Assembly (NCBI GenBank): GCA_046070745.1
Contig: JBJTMX010000044.1
Coordinates: 1 to 47,794 of the forward strand
Direction of reading: 5' to 3'
Source: Candidatus Planktophila sp.
GTDB taxonomy: Bacteria > Actinomycetota > Actinomycetes > Nanopelagicales > Nanopelagicaceae
DNA length: 47,794 bases
Of this stretch, positions 8,818-18,331 are shown one piece after another. The stretch's first letter is position 1; every line of letters starts with the position of its first letter. The position numbers were made by a program, and so were the translations under genes. Below the pieces are notes generated by a model. The model searched no databases. It was not told where the DNA came from and was given only the letters and a program-made list of their open reading frames with translations.

Positions 8818-9651
8818 ATGAACTCAGTTCTTAAGCGTGCCGTTATTGCATCTGCAATTCTTGGCTTAGCTTTTACATCTACTTCATCTGCAACTGCTGC
8901 AACAAAGCTGCCTGCAAATATCACAAAATCTGGCATTATTAACATCGGTATCGATGCGACCTATAGCCCAAATGAATTTAAGGATAAGAACGGCAAAGTG
9001 ATCGGATGGGAAGTAGATCTCTTCAATGCGGTTGCGAAGAAGCTTGGTGTAAAGACAAATTACGTGATCGCAGGATTCGACACAATCATTTCTGGCGTAA
9101 AGGCAGGAAAGTACGATGTCGGCGTTTCGTCATTTACGGATACTAAAGAGCGCCAAGCCTCAGTTGATTTCGTTAACTACTTCAGTGCAGGAACGCAGTG
9201 GGCCGTCAAGAAGGGTGTAAAGCTCGACCCAAATGACGCTTGCGGCAAGATCGTTTCAGCAATGACAGGATCTGTTCAGGCAGATGACATCGCAGCAAAG
9301 TCAGCAGATTGCACAAAGGCTGGCAAGAAGGCAATCACACTCCTTACCTACGATTCAGGCGAGCAGGCGACCTCGGCTGTTGTTCTCGGTCGCGCAGATG
9401 CAACCGCGGCTGATTCACCAGTACTTGCTTACGCTGTCTTGCAGACAAAGGGCAAGCTTGCTCTCGCAGGTAAGATCTACGGTGAAGCTCCATACGGAAT
9501 CGCAGTTGCTAAGGCATCTGCTCTCTCACCTGCAATCCAAGCGGCTTTTGTTGCAATTAAGATAGACGGAACATACGACTCAATCTTGAAGAAGTGGGGC
9601 GTACAAGCTGGAGCAGTTTCAAAGTTCACAATCAATGGTGCAACCGCCTAA
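8818..9651 (+). CDS. Polar amino-acid ABC transporter substrate-binding protein
   Basis: Signal peptide; DATYSPNEF, SSFTDTKERQASVDFVNY; GAGGA RBS. Confidence 0.9.
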   Translation: MNSVLKRAVIASAILGLAFTSTSSATAATKLPANITKSGIINIGIDATYSPNEFKDKNGKVIGWEVDLFNAVAKKLGVKTNYVIAGFDTIISGVKAGKYDVGVSSFTDTKERQASVDFVNYFSAGTQWAVKKGVKLDPNDACGKIVSAMTGSVQADDIAAKSADCTKAGKKAITLLTYDSGEQATSAVVLGRADATAADSPVLAYAVLQTKGKLALAGKIYGEAPYGIAVAKASALSPAIQAAFVAIKIDGTYDSILKKWGVQAGAVSKFTINGATA

Positions 9652-9668
9652 TTAGGTAGATTACCTCT

Positions 9669-10541
9669 GTGAGCAATAAGGGAAGTATTCAAGCAGTGCC
9701 GCTGCGCCACTATAAAAGGTGGGCAGTGGCACTGCTACTTCTTGTTGCTCTTGCAGGAATTGCAGTCGATGCTGCATCTCGTGAAGCATATGAATGGGCT
9801 TCATTTAGAAAGTATCTCTTTGATCCTCGCGTTGTTAAGGCTTCACTCGTAACGCTAGAACTGACACTGCTATCTATGTTCTTTGCAATCGTGCTTGGTA
9901 TCGCACTGGGCGTTATGCGCCGCACAGATAACCCAATCTTCAAAAACTTTGCCTGGCTCTTTATCTGGATTTTCCGTGGAACACCTGTCTACGTGCAGCT
10001 CGTCTTCTGGGGTCTTTTCTCGACCATCTACAAGGAAGTCTTCCTCGGTATCCCCTGGGTTCATATTGGTGACTTCCAACTTGGTTTCCACATCACCTTG
10101 TCTCAGACAGCTTCGCTTTTTTGGATTGCAGTACTTGGTTTAACTCTTAATGAAGCTGCCTACATGGCTGAAATCGTTCGCGGAGGCTTGCTCTCTGTAG
10201 ATTCAGGTCAAGAAGAGGCTGCAAAATCAATTGGCATGAGTAGTTGGAAGACGATGAGATACATTGTTATTCCTCAAGCGATGCGCGTGATCATTCCGCC
10301 AACAGGTAATGAAGTTATTTCAATGTTGAAAACTACATCGCTTGTGACTGCAGTTCCACTTGTGACTGACCTTTATGCGCGCACTCGCGATATCTCAAAT
10401 GAGACATATAACCCGATTCCGCTGCTCTTGGTCGCATGTGCTTGGTATTTAATTTACACGTCAGTGCTGATGATTGCCCAATACTTCCTTGAGAAGCGCT
10501 TTGGTCGCGGATTTAATCGAAATGCGGTGATTTCAGCATGA
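9669..10541 (+). CDS. Amino-acid ABC transporter permease
   Basis: [22 protein letters not shown] and [13 protein letters not shown] loop. Confidence 0.93.
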   Translation: MSNKGSIQAVPLRHYKRWAVALLLLVALAGIAVDAASREAYEWASFRKYLFDPRVVKASLVTLELTLLSMFFAIVLGIALGVMRRTDNPIFKNFAWLFIWIFRGTPVYVQLVFWGLFSTIYKEVFLGIPWVHIGDFQLGFHITLSQTASLFWIAVLGLTLNEAAYMAEIVRGGLLSVDSGQEEAAKSIGMSSWKTMRYIVIPQAMRVIIPPTGNEVISMLKTTSLVTAVPLVTDLYARTRDISNETYNPIPLLLVACAWYLIYTSVLMIAQYFLEKRFGRGFNRNAVISA

Positions 10542-11302
10542 GCACTGTGATGGTTGATGCACAAGCAATTAATAAGTCATACGGTCACCACCATGTTTTA
10601 AAGGATGTCTCCCTTACCGTTAAAGCTGGTGAAGTGGCATGCATCATCGGTCCATCTGGCTCTGGAAAGTCAACTTTTCTTCGTTGCATCAATCACTTAG
10701 AGAAAATTGATGGAGGCCGAATATCTGTCGATGGCAAAATCATTGGGTATCGCGAAGCACACGGAAAGTTGTATGAGCTCCGCGAATCTGAGGCCGATAT
10801 TCAGCGCCGAGATATTGGCATGGTCTTTCAACGATTTAATCTCTTTCCACATATGACGGCTCTTGAGAACGTAATTTCTGGACTAATTCATGTTCAGAAG
10901 ATTGATAAGAAGATCGCTGAAGCTGAAGGCTTCACTCTACTTGAGCGCGTCGGCCTCGCAAATAAGCATGCACATTACCCATCACAGCTTTCAGGCGGTC
11001 AGCAGCAACGTGTGGCTATTGCACGAGCGCTAGCTATGAAACCTAAATTGATGCTCTTCGATGAGCCAACGTCAGCACTTGATCCAGAACTCGTAGGTGA
11101 TGTTCTCCAAGTGATGAAGGATTTGGCCGCTACTGGAATGACGATGATTGTCGTCACCCACGAGATGGGTTTTGCTCGCGAAGTTGCCGACACGGTTTTC
11201 TTCATGGATGAAGGCGTTGTTGTTGAATCAGGCTCTCCTAACGCTGTACTTGGAAATCCTCAAGAACCACGCACGCGAGAGTTTTTATCTAAAGTTATCT
11301 AG
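10538..11302 (+). CDS. Amino-acid ABC transporter ATP-binding protein
   Basis: [16 protein letters not shown] and FDEPTSALD motifs. Confidence 0.95.
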   Translation: MSTVMVDAQAINKSYGHHHVLKDVSLTVKAGEVACIIGPSGSGKSTFLRCINHLEKIDGGRISVDGKIIGYREAHGKLYELRESEADIQRRDIGMVFQRFNLFPHMTALENVISGLIHVQKIDKKIAEAEGFTLLERVGLANKHAHYPSQLSGGQQQRVAIARALAMKPKLMLFDEPTSALDPELVGDVLQVMKDLAATGMTMIVVTHEMGFAREVADTVFFMDEGVVVESGSPNAVLGNPQEPRTREFLSKVI

Positions 11303-11316
11303 TGTTTAATTTCGGC

Positions 11317-11775
11317 ATGGATATCTCAACTGCTGCCGAGCAATATAAAGAAGCTACAGATCTCTTCCTAAACCTCATCAATGGATTAGATGAAAAGTCC
11401 CTTGATATCTCCAATGGCGATGGCTGGACTCCTCGTCAGGTAATTCACCACGTTGCAGATAGCGAAGCTCAGTCATATGCACGTCTTCGTCGCTTAGTTG
11501 CAGAGCCTGGCACAATGATTCAGGGCTACGACGAAGGTGCATGGGGCGAAAATCCGACACTTGGATATTCGGAAATGCCGATCAATATTTCAATCTCCGT
11601 CTTTGAAGCAGTGCGCGCATCATCTCTTGAAATCATCAAGCGCCTTACCGAAGAACAGCTCAATAACTCCGGTAATCACAGCGAAAGTGGCGCCTATACA
11701 ATCCAGAATTGGCTTGAAAATTACATCAACCATCCGCGCGACCACGCTTCTCAAATTCAGAAGATTTTGAGTTAA
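11317..11775 (+). CDS. DinB/YfiT-like thiol S-transferase
   Basis: WTPRQVIHHVADSE ... HPRDH metal-binding His pattern. Confidence 0.85.
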   Translation: MDISTAAEQYKEATDLFLNLINGLDEKSLDISNGDGWTPRQVIHHVADSEAQSYARLRRLVAEPGTMIQGYDEGAWGENPTLGYSEMPINISISVFEAVRASSLEIIKRLTEEQLNNSGNHSESGAYTIQNWLENYINHPRDHASQIQKILS

Positions 11776-12980
11776 GCCTTCTTAGCTGCTGCCGGCAAAA
11801 CAATCACACGATAGAGAGCAGTATTAGCCAGGAACATCACTGCAAGTAAGAGCCACCCAGGCTTGCCAAGTGTGACTAATGCAAAGGTGATAATCATCGG
11901 TCCTGCAATTTCGCTGAGGCCATTTCCCAGAGTCCAGATACCGTAATAAGCACCCTGGCGAGTTTCATCGGCAAGGTCGAATGAGATTTGCCAGTGAATC
12001 ATCGAGATGAATAATTCAGCGGTGACGTGGAGGACCATGCCGATTAGGAAAATCACTGATGCAATTCGTGCAGAAGGCCCTTCGGCGAAGGCATAGAGAA
12101 GACATGCGCCAGCCAAGAGCAATCCCGTAAATAAGTATTGATTGGCAGAGTCCTTGAGCGGTTTGGTGCGCTTACTTACTCGCATCTGGAATAGCACCAC
12201 TGCAGCTGTATTGAAGATCAGCATCGCAGAGACCCACCAACGAGGAGCGTCTGTATATCGAACTATCCAAATTGGAATGCCTACGTTTTGGACGACAAAT
12301 TGAATATTGGTAACTGCTGCCATCGCTGTTGCTGCGAGATAGCGACCGTCCTTAAATATGCTCCAGTCAAACTTTTCTCTATCTTGCAAAGTCGCCGGAA
12401 AGTGTGGCACGAGCTTGTAAATATACGCACCTATTAAGAAAGTAATTCCGTCAAGAATGATTGCAACTTGGTAACCGAAAACAGAGTTGATAGAGAGCGC
12501 GATTCCTGCACCTAAGCTTCCCAATCCGATTCCTAAGTTATTAATCGAACGAGTATATGCACGGTTCCGGGGATTGGTTCGAGAGTCCCCCACGCGAGCA
12601 ATCAAAGTCTGCTGCGAGTTCCGGCTAAATACATTTGCGATTGAATCCAGTGCAAAGCAAATAGTCAGCCAAAGGAAGCTATGAACAAAGGCAAGCGAGG
12701 CAATTGCAACACCATTGATAATCATTGAGATCACAACAACGGGGCGCTGTCCGACTCGATCGACAACATGGCCGGCTGGAATTGTGCAGATGAGTCCTGC
12801 AGCAGCACCTATTGCCAGAGCCAGGGCCGTTTTATGGGGGCCAAGACCGACAGTAAATGAAAAGTAAATGACGAGAATTGAGATAAGTAATCCATTGCCG
12901 AAACGATCAATCAGCGATGCAAGTGAAATCTTGCGAATAATGGGGTCTTCGTGAACTACTTTATTGAGCCATGATGGCAT
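11772..12980 (-). CDS. MFS transporter
   Basis: GHVVDRVGQR motif A, ~12 TM helices; start 12980 or 12989. Confidence 0.88.
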   Translation of the reverse strand: MPSWLNKVVHEDPIIRKISLASLIDRFGNGLLISILVIYFSFTVGLGPHKTALALAIGAAAGLICTIPAGHVVDRVGQRPVVVISMIINGVAIASLAFVHSFLWLTICFALDSIANVFSRNSQQTLIARVGDSRTNPRNRAYTRSINNLGIGLGSLGAGIALSINSVFGYQVAIILDGITFLIGAYIYKLVPHFPATLQDREKFDWSIFKDGRYLAATAMAAVTNIQFVVQNVGIPIWIVRYTDAPRWWVSAMLIFNTAAVVLFQMRVSKRTKPLKDSANQYLFTGLLLAGACLLYAFAEGPSARIASVIFLIGMVLHVTAELFISMIHWQISFDLADETRQGAYYGIWTLGNGLSEIAGPMIITFALVTLGKPGWLLLAVMFLANTALYRVIVLPAAAKKA

Positions 12981-13320
12981 CGTGGACATATTGAGCCAGC
13001 CCCCTAGCTCGTCCTTCGTAATATGCCTTGAAGCGATGATCCTCGATATACATTAAGGCTAGATTCTTCTGCATAGCTATAGAACAGTCGTAAAACCATT
13101 TAGAAATTGCTGCACGGTGCGCCACTACAGCTGCTTGTGCCTGCTCTGATCGCACTGAATAGCTATTGCCAAAAGCCATCGCAAACATTTCTGTGGCTGC
13201 TTCTTGATCAACCTTTGCTGCAGCGAAGTCATCCTTTGTGTACTTGGACGCGCGAGCAGTGGATTGCTTGTAGGCCTCAGTATCGCCCCAGCGATCTTTG
13301 ACTTCTTGCTCGTAATCCAT
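12961..13320 (-). CDS. Stand-alone TipAS antibiotic-recognition domain protein
   Basis: YEQEVKDRWGDTEAYKQS, FYDC, MYIEDHRF, GLAQYVHDAI; no MerR HTH. Confidence 0.88.
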   Translation of the reverse strand: MDYEQEVKDRWGDTEAYKQSTARASKYTKDDFAAAKVDQEAATEMFAMAFGNSYSVRSEQAQAAVVAHRAAISKWFYDCSIAMQKNLALMYIEDHRFKAYYEGRARGLAQYVHDAIMAQ

Positions 13321-13329
13321 CAGTGAGGC

Positions 13330-13758
13330 TTAGTTGAAGTACGCGATGATGGCGCCAGCAATGGTGAGGTTGATTGCATCATTAGCAGTCTCAATAACCC
13401 AGACCTTCAATGAATCTCCACCGAAGAGGCGGTGTGAAAGCGAAGCGAATGCTGCAATACCCACGCCCACTGCAAAGCCGACGCCGGCCCCGTCTAGAAT
13501 TCCAAAGTCAGTATTTGCGGCCTGCAGTGAAGTTACAAGAACCCCAACGGTCAACGTTTGAATAAGTACGCCGATGATAGTTCCGCCAAAGAGCAACGCC
13601 GGCTTGTTCTGCTGGGTAGTTAGCTGACCAGAGGCGATTCCTTTAGCTTTCATCCAAACTGGATAAAACGTCTTAGGACCAAACCAGATTCCGCCGCTGA
13701 TAAATGAAACGGCGAAGGCGATGAGTACTCCGAGAAAATTAAGGCCTGTGAATGTCAT
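13330..13758 (-). CDS. DUF1761 membrane protein
   Basis: LNFLGVLIA...GGIWFGP..F...W pattern, 4 TM helices; TATCCT-N6-ATG. Confidence 0.8.
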   Translation of the reverse strand: MTFTGLNFLGVLIAFAVSFISGGIWFGPKTFYPVWMKAKGIASGQLTTQQNKPALLFGGTIIGVLIQTLTVGVLVTSLQAANTDFGILDGAGVGFAVGVGIAAFASLSHRLFGGDSLKVWVIETANDAINLTIAGAIIAYFN

Positions 13759-14356
13759 GCGACAAGGATAAATCTGCAAGCGCCTTGAGTCCAGCAACGG
13801 CGTACTTCTGGGCCATCACAATTTCTGCATCCGCATCTTTGCCTGACTCAATGCGAGTTGCTGCTGTATCCAAAGAGTTTTGAACATATGTAAGTGCTGC
13901 GTGAAGATCATGGATTCCAATTGCCTGAAGCTGGCTTGCGATTGTTCCCATCAAGGCACGGTGGCCTTGAGCAATTTCAGATTTTCGATACTCAGGAAGC
14001 GTGATGCTATTGAGTGACTTCACCAGAAGGTGGCGACCATCTGCCACATAGTGCAGCGCTTCTGCAATCCAGGCCTCAATATATTCAATTGAATCAGTCG
14101 AACCCTCAACAGCATTGAGCAATCGATCTTGATAGGTGCCAAGTTCTTCCATCACTAGGTCAGCAATCAGATCGGCCGACGATGAGAAGTACTCGTAAAA
14201 AGTAGTTCGTGATAAACCTGCTCGCGTAGCCACCGCGGTCACAGTGACCGCCTCAGCACCAGATTCGAGTGCCAAAGAAAGTGCGGCATCAATGAGCTGA
14301 CGCTGGCGGAGCTCGCGCTGCTCAGGGATAGAAGGTGCATCAATACGTGGCGCCAT
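13739..14356 (-). CDS. TetR/AcrR family regulator
   Basis: MAPRIDAPSIPEQR, VTAVATRAGLSRTTFYEYFSS HTH; GGGGAG RBS. Confidence 0.9.
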   Translation of the reverse strand: MAPRIDAPSIPEQRELRQRQLIDAALSLALESGAEAVTVTAVATRAGLSRTTFYEYFSSSADLIADLVMEELGTYQDRLLNAVEGSTDSIEYIEAWIAEALHYVADGRHLLVKSLNSITLPEYRKSEIAQGHRALMGTIASQLQAIGIHDLHAALTYVQNSLDTAATRIESGKDADAEIVMAQKYAVAGLKALADLSLSHDIHRP

Positions 14357-14411
14357 ATCTCCCCCTTTGCATCTGCTGAAGTAGGAGATTATCAGCGAAA
14401 TTTTCGTACTT

Positions 14412-14425
14412 CCTCTTGAAAGAGG
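14412..14425. promoter_or_regulatory. Inverted repeat, possible operator
   Basis: CCTCTT-GA-AAGAGG between the divergent TetR and protease genes, overlapping TTGAAA upstream of TACGCT. Confidence 0.35.
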
Positions 14426-14449
14426 TGATATTTCTCCTACGCTTTCCCA

Positions 14450-15757
14450 ATGAAACGTAGCTTAGTCGCCATTGGCGCTCTTATTCTCGTAGCCACATCA
14501 CCTCCATCAGCAGATGCTGCCGGTAAAGCGGGCACTGCATGTGCCAAGGTAGGTCAGTCAACAACTGTCGCTGGCACTAAATTCACTTGTGTTAAATCAG
14601 GGAAGAAATTGGTGTGGGATAAGGGCAGCAAAGTTTCTATCGCATCCGCACCTGCTACTCCCGCCAAGATAGATCCACTTGCAGCATGCAAGTTGCCTGT
14701 GGCAGATGGTCGTGGCGACGTGTCAATCGGCGGATGGCCACGCATTGATGAGCGCTCTAAAGTTCTCGGCGATATCAACGTAACTGTCATTCTTGTTGAT
14801 TTCCCTGATGCTCCTGCGAAGCTCACTCCTGCAGAGGCATTTGCAAAGATTTCACCTGCGACTGATACTTTCAAGGAAGTTTCATACGGCAAAGCAAACT
14901 ATGCAATGAAGCCACAGTTGAAGTGGTATCGCATGAGCAAGAAATCATCTGATTACGTTGGGGGTGGTTGGTCGTTTGAGAAGCAGCGTGACTACATGCT
15001 TGAAGCAGCAAAGCTTGCCGATGCAGACGTTGATTTCAGCAAAACAGATAGCTTGATTATTCTTGCAAATCCAGATGCCGAAGGAATGGGTTACTCAGGT
15101 CCTGCATTTTCTGCAATTCGCGGAAATGGCTTGACTCTCGATGGTCACTACATTTCTAATGGAGCAACATCTGCTTACGATTTGAATAACTGGAAATCTA
15201 TCTGGCTCAATCACGAAATTTCACACAGTATGGGGCTTGTTGATCTCTACGCAGCAACCCAAGAGGATCAATCCAATCGCTACGACGGATTCCGATACAC
15301 GGGCGAATTCAGCTATATGGGCTACAGCAGTTTCGATAGCAACTCGCCAAGCCTGCTTGCTTTTGAGCGCTGGAACTTAGGCTGGATTTCAGATGAGCAG
15401 GTTCAATGTATAAGCACTCCTTCAACAACACACACCATTACTCCTGTTGAATTAATCGGTGGCTTGAAAGCTGTCATAGTCCCAATCTCTCGCACAAAGG
15501 CGCTCGTCATAGAATCACGTCGCGCACTTGGAATTGATAGCGCGATGAAGAAGTCAGGCGCCCTTGTATATGTAGTTGATTCTTCAATTCAATCCGGAAT
15601 GGGTCCAGTCAAGGTTTATCCATCTAACGTAAAGACGGATCCTCGCTATCTTGATGCACCACGTGCGAACGGTGAGTCAGTAACCGTTGAAGGCATTACC
15701 GTGAAGGTCACAGCATCCGATGCAAATGGCGACACTATCGAGGTTTCTCGTTCATGA
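14450..15757 (+). CDS. Secreted M6-like (immune inhibitor A-type) metalloprotease
   Basis: Signal peptide; VILVDFPDA, EVSYGK, HEISHSMGLVDLY, FERWNLGWI. Confidence 0.82.
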   Translation: MKRSLVAIGALILVATSPPSADAAGKAGTACAKVGQSTTVAGTKFTCVKSGKKLVWDKGSKVSIASAPATPAKIDPLAACKLPVADGRGDVSIGGWPRIDERSKVLGDINVTVILVDFPDAPAKLTPAEAFAKISPATDTFKEVSYGKANYAMKPQLKWYRMSKKSSDYVGGGWSFEKQRDYMLEAAKLADADVDFSKTDSLIILANPDAEGMGYSGPAFSAIRGNGLTLDGHYISNGATSAYDLNNWKSIWLNHEISHSMGLVDLYAATQEDQSNRYDGFRYTGEFSYMGYSSFDSNSPSLLAFERWNLGWISDEQVQCISTPSTTHTITPVELIGGLKAVIVPISRTKALVIESRRALGIDSAMKKSGALVYVVDSSIQSGMGPVKVYPSNVKTDPRYLDAPRANGESVTVEGITVKVTASDANGDTIEVSRS

Positions 15758-16107
15758 GCAAAGCTGAAATCACAGCACACCTGAAGAAGTTCGATAAGCC
15801 ACAGCGTGAGGCACTTCAGGCGGTTCGTGTTGCTATTGGCGAGTTGTTACCAGATGCAGAAGAAGTTATTAAGTACGGGATTCCGACCTTTGCAATTAAC
15901 GGCAAAGGGGTCATCGGCTTCGATGGTTGGAAAAACCACAACAGCATCTTTCCGTACAGTGGATCTATGGGAGTAATTCTCAAAGACGACCTAGCGAAGT
16001 ATGAGCAAACAAAGGGTTCGATTCACTTTGAAAAAGAGAAGCCATTTCCTAAGGCGCTCCTCAAGAAAATTATTAAGGAGCGCCTCAAGCAAATATCAGA
16101 ACGCTAA
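15754..16107 (+). CDS. DUF1801/YdhG-like protein
   Basis: LPDAEEVIKYGIPTF, KNHNSIFP, TKGSIHF. Confidence 0.88.
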   Translation: MSKAEITAHLKKFDKPQREALQAVRVAIGELLPDAEEVIKYGIPTFAINGKGVIGFDGWKNHNSIFPYSGSMGVILKDDLAKYEQTKGSIHFEKEKPFPKALLKKIIKERLKQISER

Positions 16108-16655
16108 ATATTTGCGAGAGAATCCTTCACGATTGATTGAAGAAGTTTACTATCTACTTCCCAATCATTTGGAACCTGGATGGTTTTCTTATTCACCTTG
16201 TAATCCTTGAGCTTTGGTAGGTAGCTCTTGAGAACATCTTGATCCCATGGCGCAATCAGAATGTGGTTCTTAGCAGTTGCGATCCCGAATACATATGTCT
16301 TGCCGTGCATCAGCATGGGCTTATTCCAGGCGATAACTAATTCAAGCTTTGGGTATTTGCTCTGGATAGCTTTGAAAATCGCCTTTGCCGTCTTTGCCTG
16401 CGCAGGTTCAAGAGATTTAAAGAAATCTGCTGGTTTTTCAAATCGTTTAGAGCTTTCTGATCCCCGTGAATACATAACAAGTGCATTGGCATGGGCTTGT
16501 GAAAATCCAAAGTTTTCCCGCAAGTGCGCAATCTGAACAGGGTACTTCTCCCCTTCGAGCTGTTTCATAACTTTGAACCAGTAGGCCATCTTTTCGCCAT
16601 ACTTCTTTTCAATGGCAGGAAAGTGCTTCTCGCGAGATCCATCTTGAACGGGCAT
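16104..16655 (-). CDS. DUF4287-DUF1801 fusion protein
   Basis: N-half HFPAIEKKYG...SQAHANALV; C-half LELVIAWNKPML...KNHILIAP; TACCAT-N6-ATG. Confidence 0.82.
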   Translation of the reverse strand: MPVQDGSREKHFPAIEKKYGEKMAYWFKVMKQLEGEKYPVQIAHLRENFGFSQAHANALVMYSRGSESSKRFEKPADFFKSLEPAQAKTAKAIFKAIQSKYPKLELVIAWNKPMLMHGKTYVFGIATAKNHILIAPWDQDVLKSYLPKLKDYKVNKKTIQVPNDWEVDSKLLQSIVKDSLANI

Positions 16656-16674
16656 AACAGAATGGTAGGGGCAT

Positions 16675-16711
16675 AAAGAAAGACCCCGCAAATATCTGCG
16701 AGGTCTTTCTT
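16675..16711 (-). terminator. Intrinsic terminator of yceI
   Basis: Minus strand AAGAAAGACCTCGCA-GATATT-TGCGGGGTCTTTCTTT hairpin with U tract, 20 nt after the stop. Confidence 0.8.
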
Positions 16712-16730
16712 GGAAGGTTTTACTGAATTG

Positions 16731-17270
16731 TTATTTCGCTTGGATAGCTGAGATTTCGAACTCAAGCTTGATGTTCTCAGAGACGAGAATTCCGCCTGTC
16801 TCAAGAGCTGCATTCCATGTAAGTCCGAAATCCTTACGATTAATCTCAGCAGCGCCTTCAAAACCAAAACGAGCATTTCCAAATGGGTCAGTTGCTGTAC
16901 CTGTGTACTCAAATGCGATTGAGATTGCCTTTGTTACATCCTTGATTGTGAGGTTTCCATCAACAACAATTCCATCGCCTGAGTCCTTTACAGATGTTGA
17001 AGCGAAAGTAATCTTTGGGAAGTTAGCAACGTCAAAGAAGTCTGGTGACTGAAGGTGGCCGTCGCGATCTGCGCTGCGTGTATCAACTGAGGCAACATTG
17101 ATCTCAATAGAGATAGAGGCTGCACCATCAGCAATTACTGCTGAACCTGTGTAATCGTTAAATGAACCACGAACCTTGGTCACCATTGCGTGACGGGCAC
17201 TGAAACCTACGCGGCTATGTGAGGCATCGATGTTGTATGTACCTGCTGGAAGTGTTGAAAGAACTGACAT
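16731..17270 (-). CDS. yceI: YceI family polyisoprenoid-binding protein
   Basis: IDASHSRVGFSARHAMVTKVRGSF, RDGHLQSPDFFD, INRKDFGLTWN. Confidence 0.95.
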   Translation of the reverse strand: MSVLSTLPAGTYNIDASHSRVGFSARHAMVTKVRGSFNDYTGSAVIADGAASISIEINVASVDTRSADRDGHLQSPDFFDVANFPKITFASTSVKDSGDGIVVDGNLTIKDVTKAISIAFEYTGTATDPFGNARFGFEGAAEINRKDFGLTWNAALETGGILVSENIKLEFEISAIQAK

Positions 17271-17316
17271 TTGTTGCTCCTTTTAATTGTTGTTGAAAGG
17301 ACCGCCGTGAACGGTA

Positions 17317-17355
17317 TGGTTGAATCGTAAACTAATGTAGTTGAAATTTCAACTA
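17317..17355. promoter_or_regulatory. Tandem MarR (RosR-like) operators
   Basis: Perfect 18-bp palindrome TAGTTGAAATTTCAACTA (17338-17355) plus degenerate copy TGGTTGAATCGTAAACTA (17317-17334). Confidence 0.7.
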
Positions 17356-17430
17356 AACCACATTGAAGCACCTGCAAGCCATTTGCAATATTGCCCCCAT
17401 GAAATCCTCCATCTCGCTATCGTTCTCGCC

Positions 17431-18330
17431 ATGGATATCAAAGGCTCGCTTAAGGCGCGTGAAGTCGATCTCGCACTCCTTCTCGTGGCAGCTTTGTGGG
17501 GTGCCAGTTATCTCTCTGCAAAGACTCTGACTGAGCATGCACCGGTTCTAACAGTCTTAAGTCTCAGATTTATAGTGACATCGGCTGCCATGGCAATAGT
17601 GTGGTCTCTTAAATCGGAACGAATTACTAAGCCTGAATATCTCCTTGGAGTCGGCTTAGGTTCATCGCAAGCAATCATTCTCTTCTTTGAAACCAGTGGT
17701 GTCGCAAAGACGTCGGCAACAAATGCCGGATTAATCATTAGTCTTGCAATTATCTTCACTCCCATTCTCGAATCGCTCGCATCAAAGAACTGGTTGCCAC
17801 GTTCATTCTTCGTAGCAACGGTGACTGCAGTTGTAGGTGTTGCGCTATTGGTCTCAGATAAAGGCTTTGCGGCTCCTGGTATTGGTGACTGGCTAATGTT
17901 GGCCGCCGCAGTTACGCGTGCCATCCATGTGACCGCGATGGGCCACCTCACATCAGGAAAGAGTTATAGCTCTGTAAGTATCACCCTGCTTCAAAGTGCT
18001 ACCTGTGGTGTTATTTACTCGGTTTTTTCACTCAGCGGTATTAAAAAAGCTATTCAGGAATTCGACACTGGCCTATGGCTTGATCTGCTCTTCTTAAGCC
18101 TTCTATGTGGAGCATTTGCATTCCTGGTAACGATGTGGGCTATCCGACAAACATCTTCCTCGCGGGCAAGTTTGCTCCTTGGAACAGAGCCAGTGTGGGC
18201 TGTGGTTGTTGGCATTTCACTTGGAGGTGAAAGCCTTGCCCTGCTCGGCGTCTTTGGTGCGCTTTTGATTATCGGTTCTTCCTACTTCGGTCAGAGAATC
18301 GAAACTCGCCACCGTTTACTTAAGCAATAA
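17431..18330 (+). CDS. DMT/EamA family transporter
   Basis: LLLVAALWGASY, TSATNAGLI, ASLLLGTEPVWA; ~10 TM helices. Confidence 0.9.
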   Translation: MDIKGSLKAREVDLALLLVAALWGASYLSAKTLTEHAPVLTVLSLRFIVTSAAMAIVWSLKSERITKPEYLLGVGLGSSQAIILFFETSGVAKTSATNAGLIISLAIIFTPILESLASKNWLPRSFFVATVTAVVGVALLVSDKGFAAPGIGDWLMLAAAVTRAIHVTAMGHLTSGKSYSSVSITLLQSATCGVIYSVFSLSGIKKAIQEFDTGLWLDLLFLSLLCGAFAFLVTMWAIRQTSSSRASLLLGTEPVWAVVVGISLGGESLALLGVFGALLIIGSSYFGQRIETRHRLLKQ

Positions 18331-18331
18331 C

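Noticed and set aside
14368-14382. 15-mer ACTTCAGCAGATGCA shared (inverted) with 37821-37835
   Set aside because: A few 15-mer matches are expected by chance in 48 kb on two strands; contexts are unrelated
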